DNA of 64,000 nucleotides. Source: Synergistales bacterium. Its GTDB lineage: Bacteria > Synergistota > Synergistia > Synergistales > JAFGMB01. This document shows, one piece after another, positions 1 through 9,407 of the stretch (its first letter is position 1; each line of letters begins with the position of its first letter). The DNA lies in assembly GCA_963666205.1 (NCBI GenBank), contig OY762654.1:928001-992000 (forward strand), in the 5' to 3' direction. The position numbers and the translations under genes were made by a program. The notes below the pieces were generated by a model. That model made no database searches. It was not told where the DNA came from and saw nothing but the letters and a program-made list of their open reading frames with translations.

Positions 1-353
1 ATCTGAAAACTGCAGGCCTTATGGGGGTTAATGTCAACCTTCTCATTTCTATCGTATTTTTCGTCGCTGGTTTTCTTGCTGCAGTTGGAGGAATTTTCCT
101 GTCAGTCAGATACACTCTTTATCCTCAGCTAGGAATGATAACCATAAAGGCTTTTGTAGCAGCTGTCATAGGGGGACTCGGCTCTCTTCCGGGCGCAGTA
201 GTGGGAAGCCTGATCCTGGGCCTGGCAGAGATGTTGACAGCAGGCTTTATTTCCAGTCAGTTACGAGATATCGTTGTTTTTTCCCTTCTGATAATAACCC
301 TGCTTATCCGTCCCCAGGGTCTTTTCGGGAAAAACGTCAGCGAAAAGGTATAG
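1..353 (+). CDS. livH: Branched-chain amino acid ABC transporter permease, 5'-truncated by the window edge
   Basis: LMGVNV...KAFVAAVIGGLGSLPGA...IRPQGLFG C-terminal LivH motifs; first gene of an H-M-G-F run. Confidence 0.88.
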   Translation, partial: LKTAGLMGVNVNLLISIVFFVAGFLAAVGGIFLSVRYTLYPQLGMITIKAFVAAVIGGLGSLPGAVVGSLILGLAEMLTAGFISSQLRDIVVFSLLIITLLIRPQGLFGKNVSEKV

Positions 354-365
354 GGGGTAAGAGGG

Positions 366-1253
366 ATGTCTGGCTATACTGAAGGGATAATTATCCTTCT
401 CTGCATAAACGCCATTGCCGCTATGGGAGTTTCCCTCCTTACCGGTTTCACTGGTATATTCAGCCTCGGTCACGCAGCATATATGGCCGTAGGAGCATAT
501 ACAACAGCTATTCTTACTGTAGAATACGGTGTTCATTACATTCCTGCCATTCTCCTGGGAGGAGCCATGGCGATGATCGTGGCATATGTCATAGGTGTAC
601 CCACTCTCAAGCTTATGGGTGATTACTATGCCATCGCCTCAATAGGCCTTGGAGAAACGATAAGACTTATACTGGAAAACTGGCAGTCCGTAACCAGGGG
701 AGCAAGAGGTTATCCTGGAATAGAGGGATATACAACTCTTTATGTATCTCTTGGATTCTTTGCGGTGATGGCTTTCGGCATGTTCAACCTCATTCACAGC
801 CGTTTCGGGAGAGCCTTCAAAGCCTGTCGTGATGACTATATCGCGGCTTCACTTCTGGGTTTCAATACTTCGAGGTACAGGGTTTTAAGTCTTGTCCTGT
901 CTGCTTTTTACTGCGGAGTAGCCGGTGCGCTCCTTGGCGGGTTTTTATCATTCATACAGCCCATCATGTTTGATATGATCAAATCAACGGAACTTACTTC
1001 TGTTGTTGTTTTCGGAGGACTGGGCTCCATGAGCGGGACCCTCATCGGTGCTTCAGTGATAACCCTTGTAACAGAACTGTTCAGACCCATTTCCCAGTAC
1101 CGGATGCTGATCTACGGAGCGGTACTTGTCATAATAATGGTCCTTCGTCCCGAAGGGATAATGGGGCAGTATGAGCTGGGACCCAGGTTTTTCAGGATGC
1201 TTAAAAAACGCTTTACAAAGGGAAGCTCAGTAAAAGAAGGTGAACCATCATGA
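366..1253 (+). CDS. livM: Branched-chain amino acid ABC transporter permease
   Basis: GIFSLGHAAYMAVGAY, GGLGS and RPEGI motifs; hydrophobic; operon context. Confidence 0.9.
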   Translation: MSGYTEGIIILLCINAIAAMGVSLLTGFTGIFSLGHAAYMAVGAYTTAILTVEYGVHYIPAILLGGAMAMIVAYVIGVPTLKLMGDYYAIASIGLGETIRLILENWQSVTRGARGYPGIEGYTTLYVSLGFFAVMAFGMFNLIHSRFGRAFKACRDDYIAASLLGFNTSRYRVLSLVLSAFYCGVAGALLGGFLSFIQPIMFDMIKSTELTSVVVFGGLGSMSGTLIGASVITLVTELFRPISQYRMLIYGAVLVIIMVLRPEGIMGQYELGPRFFRMLKKRFTKGSSVKEGEPS

Positions 1254-2041
1254 TGACTGCCACCCCCAAAAATATAGTTCTGGAACTGGACAACCTCAAT
1301 AAGTTTTTCGGTGGCGTCCATGCAGTCAGAGATATGACATTCACCATACGCAGGGGAGAGCTCGCTGGGCTAATAGGACCCAATGGTGCAGGAAAGACAA
1401 CGATCTTCAACCTTGTCACCGGAGTATATTCTCCTGACAGCGGTCATATCAATTTTCTGGGAGAGGACATCACTCCCCTCAAGTCTTTCCAGGTCATCAG
1501 GAAAGGGGTTGCCAGGACCTTCCAGAACCTCAGGCTTTTCCCACGCTCTACCGCCCTTGAAAACGTCATGGTAGCAATGCAGCAGCACCATGGTTATTCC
1601 TTTGGAGAAGCAATAACTCATATGGGGAGATGGGGCAAAAAAGAGAGGGAGATACATCTCAACAGCATGGATATTCTTGACCGTGTAGGGCTTGCTGACA
1701 GAGCACACCAGGAATCAGGTACTCTGCCCTATGGAATGCAGAGAAGACTTGAGATAGCTCGAGCTCTTGCTCTTGACCCCGAATTTCTTCTTCTGGATGA
1801 ACCAGCCGCTGGCATGAACCCGGAAGAGGTTAACGAGCTGAACGACCTTATTGTAGGCATCCATGAAGAATTCAGCCTGACCATTCTGGTAATAGAACAT
1901 CATATGGACCTTGTCATGGAAATATGCCCCCACATAATATGTATGAACTTCGGGGCCAAAATAGCTGAAGGCAATCCTGATGAGATACAGGAACATCCAG
2001 AGGTCCTCAAGGCATACCTTGGTGAGGAGGTGGAAGAATAA
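1250..2041 (+). CDS. livG: Branched-chain amino acid ABC transporter ATP-binding protein
   Basis: Walker A GPNGAGKT, RTFQN, LPYG signature, LLDEPAAG, EHHMD. Confidence 0.93.
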   Translation: MMTATPKNIVLELDNLNKFFGGVHAVRDMTFTIRRGELAGLIGPNGAGKTTIFNLVTGVYSPDSGHINFLGEDITPLKSFQVIRKGVARTFQNLRLFPRSTALENVMVAMQQHHGYSFGEAITHMGRWGKKEREIHLNSMDILDRVGLADRAHQESGTLPYGMQRRLEIARALALDPEFLLLDEPAAGMNPEEVNELNDLIVGIHEEFSLTILVIEHHMDLVMEICPHIICMNFGAKIAEGNPDEIQEHPEVLKAYLGEEVEE

Positions 2042-2793
2042 TGGCTGCTCCAAAGGATAAACCTATATTGGAAATTAAAGACCTCCATGTAAGCTACGGA
2101 GCCATCAAGGCCCTGCGAGGAGTTTCCCTTCATGTTGAGGAGGGAGAGATAGTAAGTGTCATAGGAGCAAATGGAGCAGGTAAATCCACCTTAATGCAGG
2201 CCATTATGGCCCAGGTACCCAGGGAAGGCGGAGAGATTTACCTCAATGATGTTCCTCTTTCCAACAAAAGTTTCCAGGTAGTGTCCCAGGGGATAGCCCT
2301 GACTCCGGAGGGAAGGAAAGTCTTTGCTCCTCTCACTGTTTACGAGAACCTTATGATGGGAGCTTTTCCCCGTAAGGACAGGGGAAAAATACCAGAAGAT
2401 CTGACCTGGGTCTTCTCCCTTTTCCCCAGGCTGGAAGAAAGACGTGAACAGTATGCAGGAACCCTTTCTGGCGGAGAGCAGCAGATGCTTGCCATTGCCA
2501 GATCCCTCATGTCCAGGCCAAGGGTCCTTCTCCTTGACGAGCCGTCTCTTGGACTGGCTCCCATAATAATCAAGGATATTTTCAGAGAGCTGAAAAGGAT
2601 AAACCTGGAAGGAGTAACCATACTTCTGGTGGAACAGAATGCAAGACAGGCTCTTATCCTGTCGCACAGGGCTTACGTCCTTCAGACGGGTAATATAATT
2701 TTACAGGGAAAATCAGAAGATCTCCTGGCCAATCCAGAGATAGAAGCTGCTTATCTCGGAACCGGCAAAAAGAAAAAATCCAGGCTGCACTGA
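2041..2793 (+). CDS. livF: Branched-chain amino acid ABC transporter ATP-binding protein
   Basis: GANGAGKST, LSGGEQQM, LLDEPSLGLAP, VEQNA. Confidence 0.93.
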   Translation: MAAPKDKPILEIKDLHVSYGAIKALRGVSLHVEEGEIVSVIGANGAGKSTLMQAIMAQVPREGGEIYLNDVPLSNKSFQVVSQGIALTPEGRKVFAPLTVYENLMMGAFPRKDRGKIPEDLTWVFSLFPRLEERREQYAGTLSGGEQQMLAIARSLMSRPRVLLLDEPSLGLAPIIIKDIFRELKRINLEGVTILLVEQNARQALILSHRAYVLQTGNIILQGKSEDLLANPEIEAAYLGTGKKKKSRLH

Positions 2794-2820
2794 AGCTACT
2801 TAAATTAAAACCAAATGTCC

Positions 2821-2865
2821 TTAACAACAGAGAGACGGAGTGGGAACCCGTCTCTCTGTTGTTAA
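2821..2865. terminator. Likely bidirectional terminator between convergent livF and glycosyltransferase
   Basis: 18-bp perfect inverted repeat ttaacaacagagagacgg / ccgtctctctgttgttaa. Confidence 0.75.
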
Positions 2866-2878
2866 ATCGTTGACTCTA

Positions 2879-3907
2879 TCAAGCAGATCTGACAAGCTGT
2901 TTCCGAGAAGAAGTGAAAAAAAGATTCCCCAGAAACTGCTCAGTTGCGCTGTTCCAGGACCTTTGTAAAGCAAAGTCCCTGCAATCCTGACGATCCAGGA
3001 ATAGGGCTCCTTCAATGGCTTCATGAAGGTTCTCTCTGAGACATCCCGTTCGCCCCTCAAGGATTATATCTTTCGGACCTGTAACAGGATATGCTGCAAC
3101 AGGAACTCCACAGGCAAGTGCTTCCAACATGACGATTCCAAAAGTATCTGTTCTGCTGGGAAAGACAAAAACATCTGCAGAGGAATATATATCGGCGAGG
3201 TCTGTGCCGAATCTGGGTCCAGTGAATACGACATCAGGATACTCTTTTTTGAGCAGTCCAAGGTCTGGACCATCGCCTACAACCATTTTTGTCCCTTGAA
3301 TATCAATATTCAGGAAATCTCTCAAGTTCTTTTCCACAGCCACACGACCTACATACAGATAGAGAGGTGATACTCCGCTTTCAACATAAGGTCTCCAGGG
3401 ATTGAAAAGCTCTGTGTCAACACCCCTTGACCAGAGGACAATGTTCTTGAAACCCTGTTTTTGAAGTTCTATTTCCATTGAATTGTTAGCTACCATGGTA
3501 GCAGAAGCAGCTCCATGGAACCACTTGAAATATCCATAGGAAACTGTAGAGGAAATGGGAAACCTCAAAGAGATATATTCAGGAAATCTGGTTGTGAAGG
3601 AAGTAGAGAAGGGAAACTGGTTAAGTACACACCATGTCCTGACCGCAAGACCTACTGGTCCTTCTGTAGTTATATGAATAGCATCAGGCTCGAACTCCCT
3701 GATCATCTTGCCCACAGGGGCAACTCCCCAGGCAAGTCGTATTTCGGGATAGGTTGGACATGGTAGAGACCAGAACCTTTCAGGTGAAAGGACAGAAACT
3801 TCATAGCCCTTTTCCTCAAGACACGCAATTGTATTTGTCAAAGTTCTTACTACCCCGTTGATCTGGGGTTCCCAAGCATCGGTCGCAATAAGTATTCTCA
3901 TCTTCAT
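2879..3907 (-). CDS. GT4 (GT-B) glycosyltransferase, probable diacylglycerol glycosyltransferase (Agt/MgtA-like)
   Basis: MRILIATDAWEPQINGVVRTL N-terminus, GRVAVEKN, FPSRTDTFGIVMLEALACGVPV. Confidence 0.85.
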   Translation of the reverse strand: MKMRILIATDAWEPQINGVVRTLTNTIACLEEKGYEVSVLSPERFWSLPCPTYPEIRLAWGVAPVGKMIREFEPDAIHITTEGPVGLAVRTWCVLNQFPFSTSFTTRFPEYISLRFPISSTVSYGYFKWFHGAASATMVANNSMEIELQKQGFKNIVLWSRGVDTELFNPWRPYVESGVSPLYLYVGRVAVEKNLRDFLNIDIQGTKMVVGDGPDLGLLKKEYPDVVFTGPRFGTDLADIYSSADVFVFPSRTDTFGIVMLEALACGVPVAAYPVTGPKDIILEGRTGCLRENLHEAIEGALFLDRQDCRDFALQRSWNSATEQFLGNLFFTSSRKQLVRSA

Positions 3908-4003
3908 CTCTCCTGAAAGTTTTAGATTAAAGATAATATATTCGATCCTTCAGGAGACTAATATCGGGGAGCTAACGCTTGTTGTCAACGGGAATAACTT
4001 TTG

Positions 4004-4044
4004 TTTTACACTGCTGTTACAGCAATGTAACCCCTTAGTTACAC
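4004..4044 (-). promoter_or_regulatory. Pho-box-like 11-bp periodic direct repeats (OmpR/PhoB-family site)
   Basis: Minus strand reads GTGTAAC, GGGTTAC, CTGTAAC, GTGTAAA at an 11-bp period, about 100-135 bp upstream of the GT4 start. Confidence 0.5.
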
Positions 4045-4054
4045 TGGTGCTGGA

Positions 4055-4252
4055 TCAACCCCCTGCGACCATATGTATTGCCTGTACCGTAGCACCGTCA
4101 GGGATCTCAGTGGAATCAAAGACATCAGGATGAACGGGATTATCATTTATCCAGACAGCTATGAGAGGATAGGTCCACTTACGCTTCTGCAGCATTCCCC
4201 TCACGGTCATACCTTTTTCCCAATCCATATTATCTCCATTAACGATTATCAT
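4055..4252 (-). CDS. ThiS/MoaD-family sulfur carrier protein
   Basis: 65 aa, IIVNG start, beta-grasp pattern, C-terminal AGG diglycine. Confidence 0.85.
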   Translation of the reverse strand: MIIVNGDNMDWEKGMTVRGMLQKRKWTYPLIAVWINDNPVHPDVFDSTEIPDGATVQAIHMVAGG

Positions 4253-4302
4253 ATAAAACACCATCCAGTTTTTTCAGTAATTATAATCTAAAACAAGAGA
4301 AT

Positions 4303-4340
4303 AAAAGAGGAGCTGCGGACTTTATCGACGCAGCTCCTCT
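4303..4340 (-). terminator. Intrinsic terminator of the hut operon
   Basis: 12-bp stem agaggagctgcg/cgcagctcctct followed by a T run on the minus strand, just after the hutU stop. Confidence 0.75.
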
Positions 4341-4359
4341 GGATCCCGAAGAAAGGATT

Positions 4360-6381
4360 CTATTCAAAAACTTTTCCAACTGTTTCTCTGACAAGATCCT
4401 CGTCGGCTATATATGGAATGGTAACGTGATTACCTTCATCTTTTCTATTGAAATCCAGCATCACTTCTATGGCATTCCCGCAGCGTCCCCATGCCCGCCT
4501 TGCAACTCCTCCCATGACATCCCACATCATGGCTGACCTGAGTATCTCATCTACCCTTTGGCTTCCATCAAGGACCATGCCGAAACCGCCGTTGATCACC
4601 TTGCCGATTCCCACTCCTCCACCGTTATGAAGGGTGACAAGGCTCATTCCCCTTGCCGCATTGCCGGCAAAGCACTGTGTGGCCATATCTGCCATTATGT
4701 TACTTCCATCCTTGATATTCGAAGTTTCACGGTAGGGTGAATCTGTCCCTCCCGTATCATGATGATCCCTGCCAAGCATGACGGGGCCAATCTCTCCCTT
4801 ACGGACCATCTCGTTGAACTTGAGGGCTATATCCCTTCTGCCTTCCGCATCCTGGTAAAGGATCCTCGCCTGGGTTCCCACAACAAGGGCATTCTTTTCA
4901 GCATCCCTTATCCATACATAATTGTCCCTGTCCTGGGGTCTCCTGCTGGGGTCTATACATTCCATGGCGGCATGATCGGTCTTCACCAGATCTTCATGGC
5001 GGCCGCTGAGACATACCCAGCGGAAAGGACCATAACCGTAATCGAAAAGAAGGGGACCCATTATGTCTTCCACATAGGACGGGAATATGAATCCGTCATG
5101 GGTGTCTTTTCCGTTTTTACATATCTCCGTTACCCCGGCGTCATAGACAGCCCTCAGAAAAGAGTTGCCGTAATCAAAGAAATAGGTACCCCGGTCCACC
5201 AGGGTTTTGATAAGTTCAAAATGTTTTTTCAGGCTCTGATCCACCAGGTCTGCAAATTTATCATGATCCTTGCTGATCATCTCTGTTCGTTCTTCAAAGG
5301 TAAGTCCCTGGGGACAGTAACCTCCATCATATACAGCATGACAGGACGTCTGGTCGGAGAGAAGCTCTATTGCTATATCCTTATCCACAGCATATTCCAG
5401 AAGATCCACTATGTTTCCATGATAGGCTATGGATACTGCTTCTTTCCTGTCCATGTACTCCCGGGCCATACGGAAAACCTCTTCCAGGTCAGAAGAGACC
5501 TTTGTCACCCAGCCCTGTTCATGCCTGGTCTGTATCCTGGAAAGGTCCACCTCTGCTATTATTCCCACTCCTCCAGAGATCTCGACGGACTTGGGCTGGG
5601 CTCCGCTCATCCCCCCAAGCCCTGATGATACGAACATATGGCCTGCCAGATCATCACCATCTGCCAGGTCCAGCTTCATTCTTCCTGCATTCAGAATCGT
5701 GTTGAAGGTTCCGTGGACTATACCCTGGGGACCTATGTACATCCATCCTCCTGCTGTCATCTGACCGTAGTTGGCAACTCCAAGCTGCATCGCCCGATGC
5801 CATTCCTTCTGGTTGTCAAAGATGCCTATCATAAGACCATTGGTGTTGATGACCCGCGGTGCATCGGGCTTCGACCTGAAAAGTCCAAGGGGATGTCCCG
5901 ACTCCACCACAAGGGTCTGATCCTCCGTAAGTTCCTCCAGGTATCTTTTAATAAGCTGGTACTGCATCCAGTTCTGGCATACCTGGCCAGTCTCTCCGTA
6001 GGTAACAAGTTCATAGGGATAAAGGGCAACATCAAAATCCAGGTTATTGTCTATCATCACCTGGAAAGCCTTGCCCGCAACACATCTGCCTTTGTATTCA
6101 TCTATGGGCCTGCCGTATATCCTGTTCCGGGGCCTGAAACGGTAACCGTATATTCGCCCTCTTGTCCGGAGTTCCTCCATGAATTCCGGGGCCAGTTCCT
6201 CGTGATATTCCTCGGGAATATAGCGAAGAGCGTTCTTCAGGGCTATTTCTGTCTCCTGACGGTTAAGGGTAAAACCCCTGTCAGGCGCCCGCCTGATCCC
6301 TTCCTCAAAAACTGCCCCTTCCCGAGGCACTTCTTCAAGCTTTATGGTCATGGCCTCCGATATGAATTTGTTCACTTCCAT
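4360..6381 (-). CDS. hutU: Urocanate hydratase (long, about 670-aa type)
   Basis: YGQMTAGGWMYIGPQGIVHGT, GLGGMSGAQP, SDQTSCH, GRDHHD, LHNGGGVG motifs. Confidence 0.96.
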   Translation of the reverse strand: MEVNKFISEAMTIKLEEVPREGAVFEEGIRRAPDRGFTLNRQETEIALKNALRYIPEEYHEELAPEFMEELRTRGRIYGYRFRPRNRIYGRPIDEYKGRCVAGKAFQVMIDNNLDFDVALYPYELVTYGETGQVCQNWMQYQLIKRYLEELTEDQTLVVESGHPLGLFRSKPDAPRVINTNGLMIGIFDNQKEWHRAMQLGVANYGQMTAGGWMYIGPQGIVHGTFNTILNAGRMKLDLADGDDLAGHMFVSSGLGGMSGAQPKSVEISGGVGIIAEVDLSRIQTRHEQGWVTKVSSDLEEVFRMAREYMDRKEAVSIAYHGNIVDLLEYAVDKDIAIELLSDQTSCHAVYDGGYCPQGLTFEERTEMISKDHDKFADLVDQSLKKHFELIKTLVDRGTYFFDYGNSFLRAVYDAGVTEICKNGKDTHDGFIFPSYVEDIMGPLLFDYGYGPFRWVCLSGRHEDLVKTDHAAMECIDPSRRPQDRDNYVWIRDAEKNALVVGTQARILYQDAEGRRDIALKFNEMVRKGEIGPVMLGRDHHDTGGTDSPYRETSNIKDGSNIMADMATQCFAGNAARGMSLVTLHNGGGVGIGKVINGGFGMVLDGSQRVDEILRSAMMWDVMGGVARRAWGRCGNAIEVMLDFNRKDEGNHVTIPYIADEDLVRETVGKVFE

Positions 6382-6454
6382 CCAAAAAACCTCCCCATAG
6401 GATAAACTTCTATCCGTTTAAGACCGCCGGATAGAGAAATATCAACTTCAAGGA

Positions 6455-7090
6455 TCAATACTTTGTAAGGATATGCCGGATTGCAGATCTGATCTCCCCG
6501 TCCTCTTCTTCTATCTCCAGAAGCAGGCTATCCATACGTTCCTTCACTTTCTCCGTATAGGAAAGATCCTTGATACCTGCCAGGTTTATGCTGATATTAT
6601 ATGCTGCAGATTCTGCTCCTGACCGGGCAAGGAGTGCTGCAGTTCCTGCATCGGTGACAGCATTGGGATTACCGTCCCTGACCGCGGAAACTGCAAGGTG
6701 GATCAGTTTTACACATTCAGAAAGGGTGCGAAGGGGAATTTCAGTTGCCTTCTTCATGGCATTCTGCATCATTTCTCCTCTGATCTCTTTTTCCTCTACA
6801 GTATCCTTCGGCAGTTTGAGAGCCTCCATAAAGGTATTGAAGGCTATGGTATCCTCGTGCATCAGATCAAGAAATGTATTCACAAGTATCCTGCTTTCAT
6901 CTCTTATACGGGACATCTCGGCCCAGTGTTCCAGGTACTTCTCTCTTCCAACCGTAAGTCTTGATACCATGGTGACCAGGCCTGAACCAAGAGCTCCGGA
7001 AAGAGCAGCCACACTGCCTCCTCCTGGCGCAGGTGAGTCAGATGACAATTCATTGAGAAATTCCTTTATCGTAAGATCTGCGAGAGACAT
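6455..7090 (-). CDS. fchA: Formiminotetrahydrofolate cyclodeaminase / methenyl-THF cyclohydrolase family (FTCD_C)
   Basis: FLNELSSDSPAPGGGSVAAL, GNPNAVTDAG, AYNISINL; hut context. Confidence 0.88.
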   Translation of the reverse strand: MSLADLTIKEFLNELSSDSPAPGGGSVAALSGALGSGLVTMVSRLTVGREKYLEHWAEMSRIRDESRILVNTFLDLMHEDTIAFNTFMEALKLPKDTVEEKEIRGEMMQNAMKKATEIPLRTLSECVKLIHLAVSAVRDGNPNAVTDAGTAALLARSGAESAAYNISINLAGIKDLSYTEKVKERMDSLLLEIEEEDGEIRSAIRHILTKY

Positions 7091-7102
7091 ATTCCCACCT
7101 CC

Positions 7103-8353
7103 TCAGGCGACCAGTTCGCCAAGTTTATATACTGCCATTACCGGAGAGACCCCAGCATGGTAGGCCAGTATGGTGGGAGAATCTCCATCCAGAAGTAACA
7201 GGTCCGCCTGTTTGCCGGGTTCAATACTACCTACCCTGGCAGCCATTTCTATAGCATAAGCGCTGTTCAGAGTTGAAGCTACAAGGGCTTCTTCAGGTGT
7301 CATACCCATATTCATTACAGCCAGGCCGAAAACAAAGGGCATGGATTCTGTAAAACATGAACCGGGGTTACAATCGCTGGCCAGGCCAACGGGAACACCT
7401 CTTTCTATCATTTTCCTTGCAGGCGCATATTCTTTTCTCAGACTGTAGGCAGTTCCAGGAAGAAGATCAGCTATAACTCCAGACTCAGACATGGATGAGA
7501 TGTTATTTTCGTTGGCAGCAAGAAGATGTTCCGCTGAAATCGCACCAAGGACAGCGGCCAGCCCGGCACCTCCTGTATCAATGACCTCATCTGCATGGAT
7601 CTTTGCCTTGAAACCTGCTCTTATCCCGGCTTCAAGGATCCTTCTGCTCTGTTCCAGGGTAAATACTCCTTCTTCACAGAATACGTCTATAAAATGAGCT
7701 ATTCCCTGTTTTTTTACTTCAGGTAACATTTCCTCTACCACAAGATCAACGAAACTGTCGGGATCGCTCCTGAATTCCTCTGGCACAGCATGGGCTCCCA
7801 TAAAGGTAGGGATAACATCCAGTGGTGTTTCAAGACCTATGCGCCTTATAACCCTAAGCATCTTCAGTTCATTCTCCGTATCCAGACCATATCCGCTTTT
7901 TATCTCCACTGTGGTAGTTCCCATGGAAAGAGCGGACTCCACATTAGACAGGGTTGTCAGAAAAAGGTCCTCTTCTCCGCTGTCCCTGAGAGACCGGACA
8001 GAAGAAAGAATACCTCCCCCTCTCTTGTGGATCTCCATATAAGAAGCTCCTCTCAGGCGCATGGAAAATTCTTCCTCACGCCTGGATGCAAAACACATAT
8101 GGGTATGGGGATCGACAAATCCTGGTATCATACACATTCCTTCACAGTTAACTACCATATCGACCTTACCGTCACAGACAAGCTTCTTTATCCGTTCCTC
8201 TTCGCCAACCTCTTTAATTATCCCGTCCACACAGTATACGGATCCTCTTTCATAACTCTGTACCAGGCCCTGGTCTTTTCCGGATGACGGTTTTCCTTTA
8301 TCAATAGGAGTAACGATCCTGGCATTTACAAACAGTTTTTTTGACATCATCAA
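7103..8353 (-). CDS. hutI: Imidazolonepropionase
   Basis: PGFVDPHTH, GGGILSSV, EIKSGYGL, KIHADE, SAEHL, SDCNPGS. Confidence 0.95.
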   Translation of the reverse strand: MMMSKKLFVNARIVTPIDKGKPSSGKDQGLVQSYERGSVYCVDGIIKEVGEEERIKKLVCDGKVDMVVNCEGMCMIPGFVDPHTHMCFASRREEEFSMRLRGASYMEIHKRGGGILSSVRSLRDSGEEDLFLTTLSNVESALSMGTTTVEIKSGYGLDTENELKMLRVIRRIGLETPLDVIPTFMGAHAVPEEFRSDPDSFVDLVVEEMLPEVKKQGIAHFIDVFCEEGVFTLEQSRRILEAGIRAGFKAKIHADEVIDTGGAGLAAVLGAISAEHLLAANENNISSMSESGVIADLLPGTAYSLRKEYAPARKMIERGVPVGLASDCNPGSCFTESMPFVFGLAVMNMGMTPEEALVASTLNSAYAIEMAARVGSIEPGKQADLLLLDGDSPTILAYHAGVSPVMAVYKLGELVA

Positions 8354-9264
8354 CCCTCCTGATCCATCTCGAGAAGCTTAAGTTCGAGAATCTGCCCTGG
8401 GTCAAAACCAGCTATCTGCATGTAATAAGCTGCACTATCAAGAATAGCCCTGGCAGGAACCATGCCATAGATTTCAGTTTCCGCAACCTCTACACCCCAT
8501 CTCCTGGCTTCCATCCGTACCATTTCCAGCACACGATAGAGGGCATTCTTTTCATGGTCAACAACATTCATGCTTACCTGAACCAGTCCACGATCCTCCA
8601 GGGACAGCCCTATGCCCTTGACATGGCAAAGACCGCCACCTGAAGCCCTGACTGCTCTGGCAATGCTCTTCGCCACTTCAACATCGGAGGTTCTCAGGTT
8701 AATATTGAAGGCCACCAGAAATTTACGAGCTCCAATCACTGTAGCACCCGCTGTTGGATGCAGTCGAGGTTCTCCTATATCCGGGTGACGCTCCGAACGT
8801 ACGATTTCCTCCTTTAGAACTTCATACTGCCCCTTGCGGATCACCTCAAGTTTTTTACGCTCCGGGATGTAGGCGGAATCTTCGTAAAAATAGACTGGAA
8901 CACCTGTAACCTCATGAAATTTCTGACCGAAGCTTCGGGAAATTCCAACACATTCTTCCATGGTGACACCGCTTACGGGAGTAAAGGGGATCACATCCAC
9001 GGCTCCAATTCTTGGATGAGCACCCTGGTGATTATTCATATCAATGTTTTCTATTGCTATCTGACAGGCCTTCAACAGGGCTTCCTGAAGGGAATCCGGA
9101 TTACCGGCCAGGCTTACTACCAGTCTGTTGTGATCTTCATCAGCCCTGTAATCAAAAAGGTAACAATCTTTCCTGGATCGGAAGGGGGCAACTATAGCCT
9201 CAATAATGTCTTTTCTTCTACCTTCACTGAAGTTCGGTACACATTCTACTAAACCTCTGGACAT
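8350..9264 (-). CDS. ftcD: Glutamate formiminotransferase
   Basis: VECVPNFSEGR, DHNRLV, HPRIGAVDVIPF, GATVIGAR, QVSMN. Confidence 0.95.
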   Translation of the reverse strand: MSRGLVECVPNFSEGRRKDIIEAIVAPFRSRKDCYLFDYRADEDHNRLVVSLAGNPDSLQEALLKACQIAIENIDMNNHQGAHPRIGAVDVIPFTPVSGVTMEECVGISRSFGQKFHEVTGVPVYFYEDSAYIPERKKLEVIRKGQYEVLKEEIVRSERHPDIGEPRLHPTAGATVIGARKFLVAFNINLRTSDVEVAKSIARAVRASGGGLCHVKGIGLSLEDRGLVQVSMNVVDHEKNALYRVLEMVRMEARRWGVEVAETEIYGMVPARAILDSAAYYMQIAGFDPGQILELKLLEMDQEG

Positions 9265-9407
9265 GATTATTTATCCTCCTTACAAATGAAGCACTTCAAA
9301 TGATTGTTGCACTGGCTGACATAATATATGTTAGCACTTTTTCTGATCTACTGTCTGAAGGCACAGATCCAGGAGGAGAAATGTCCTGTACCCCTGGAAG
9401 TTCCTGT

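Noticed and set aside
4759-6405. Long plus-strand ORFs (288 and 255 aa) opposite hutU; similar ones at 15954-16574, 27856-28563, 34530-35192 and 52394-53182
   Set aside because: Antisense shadows of well-conserved genes, with no recognisable motifs
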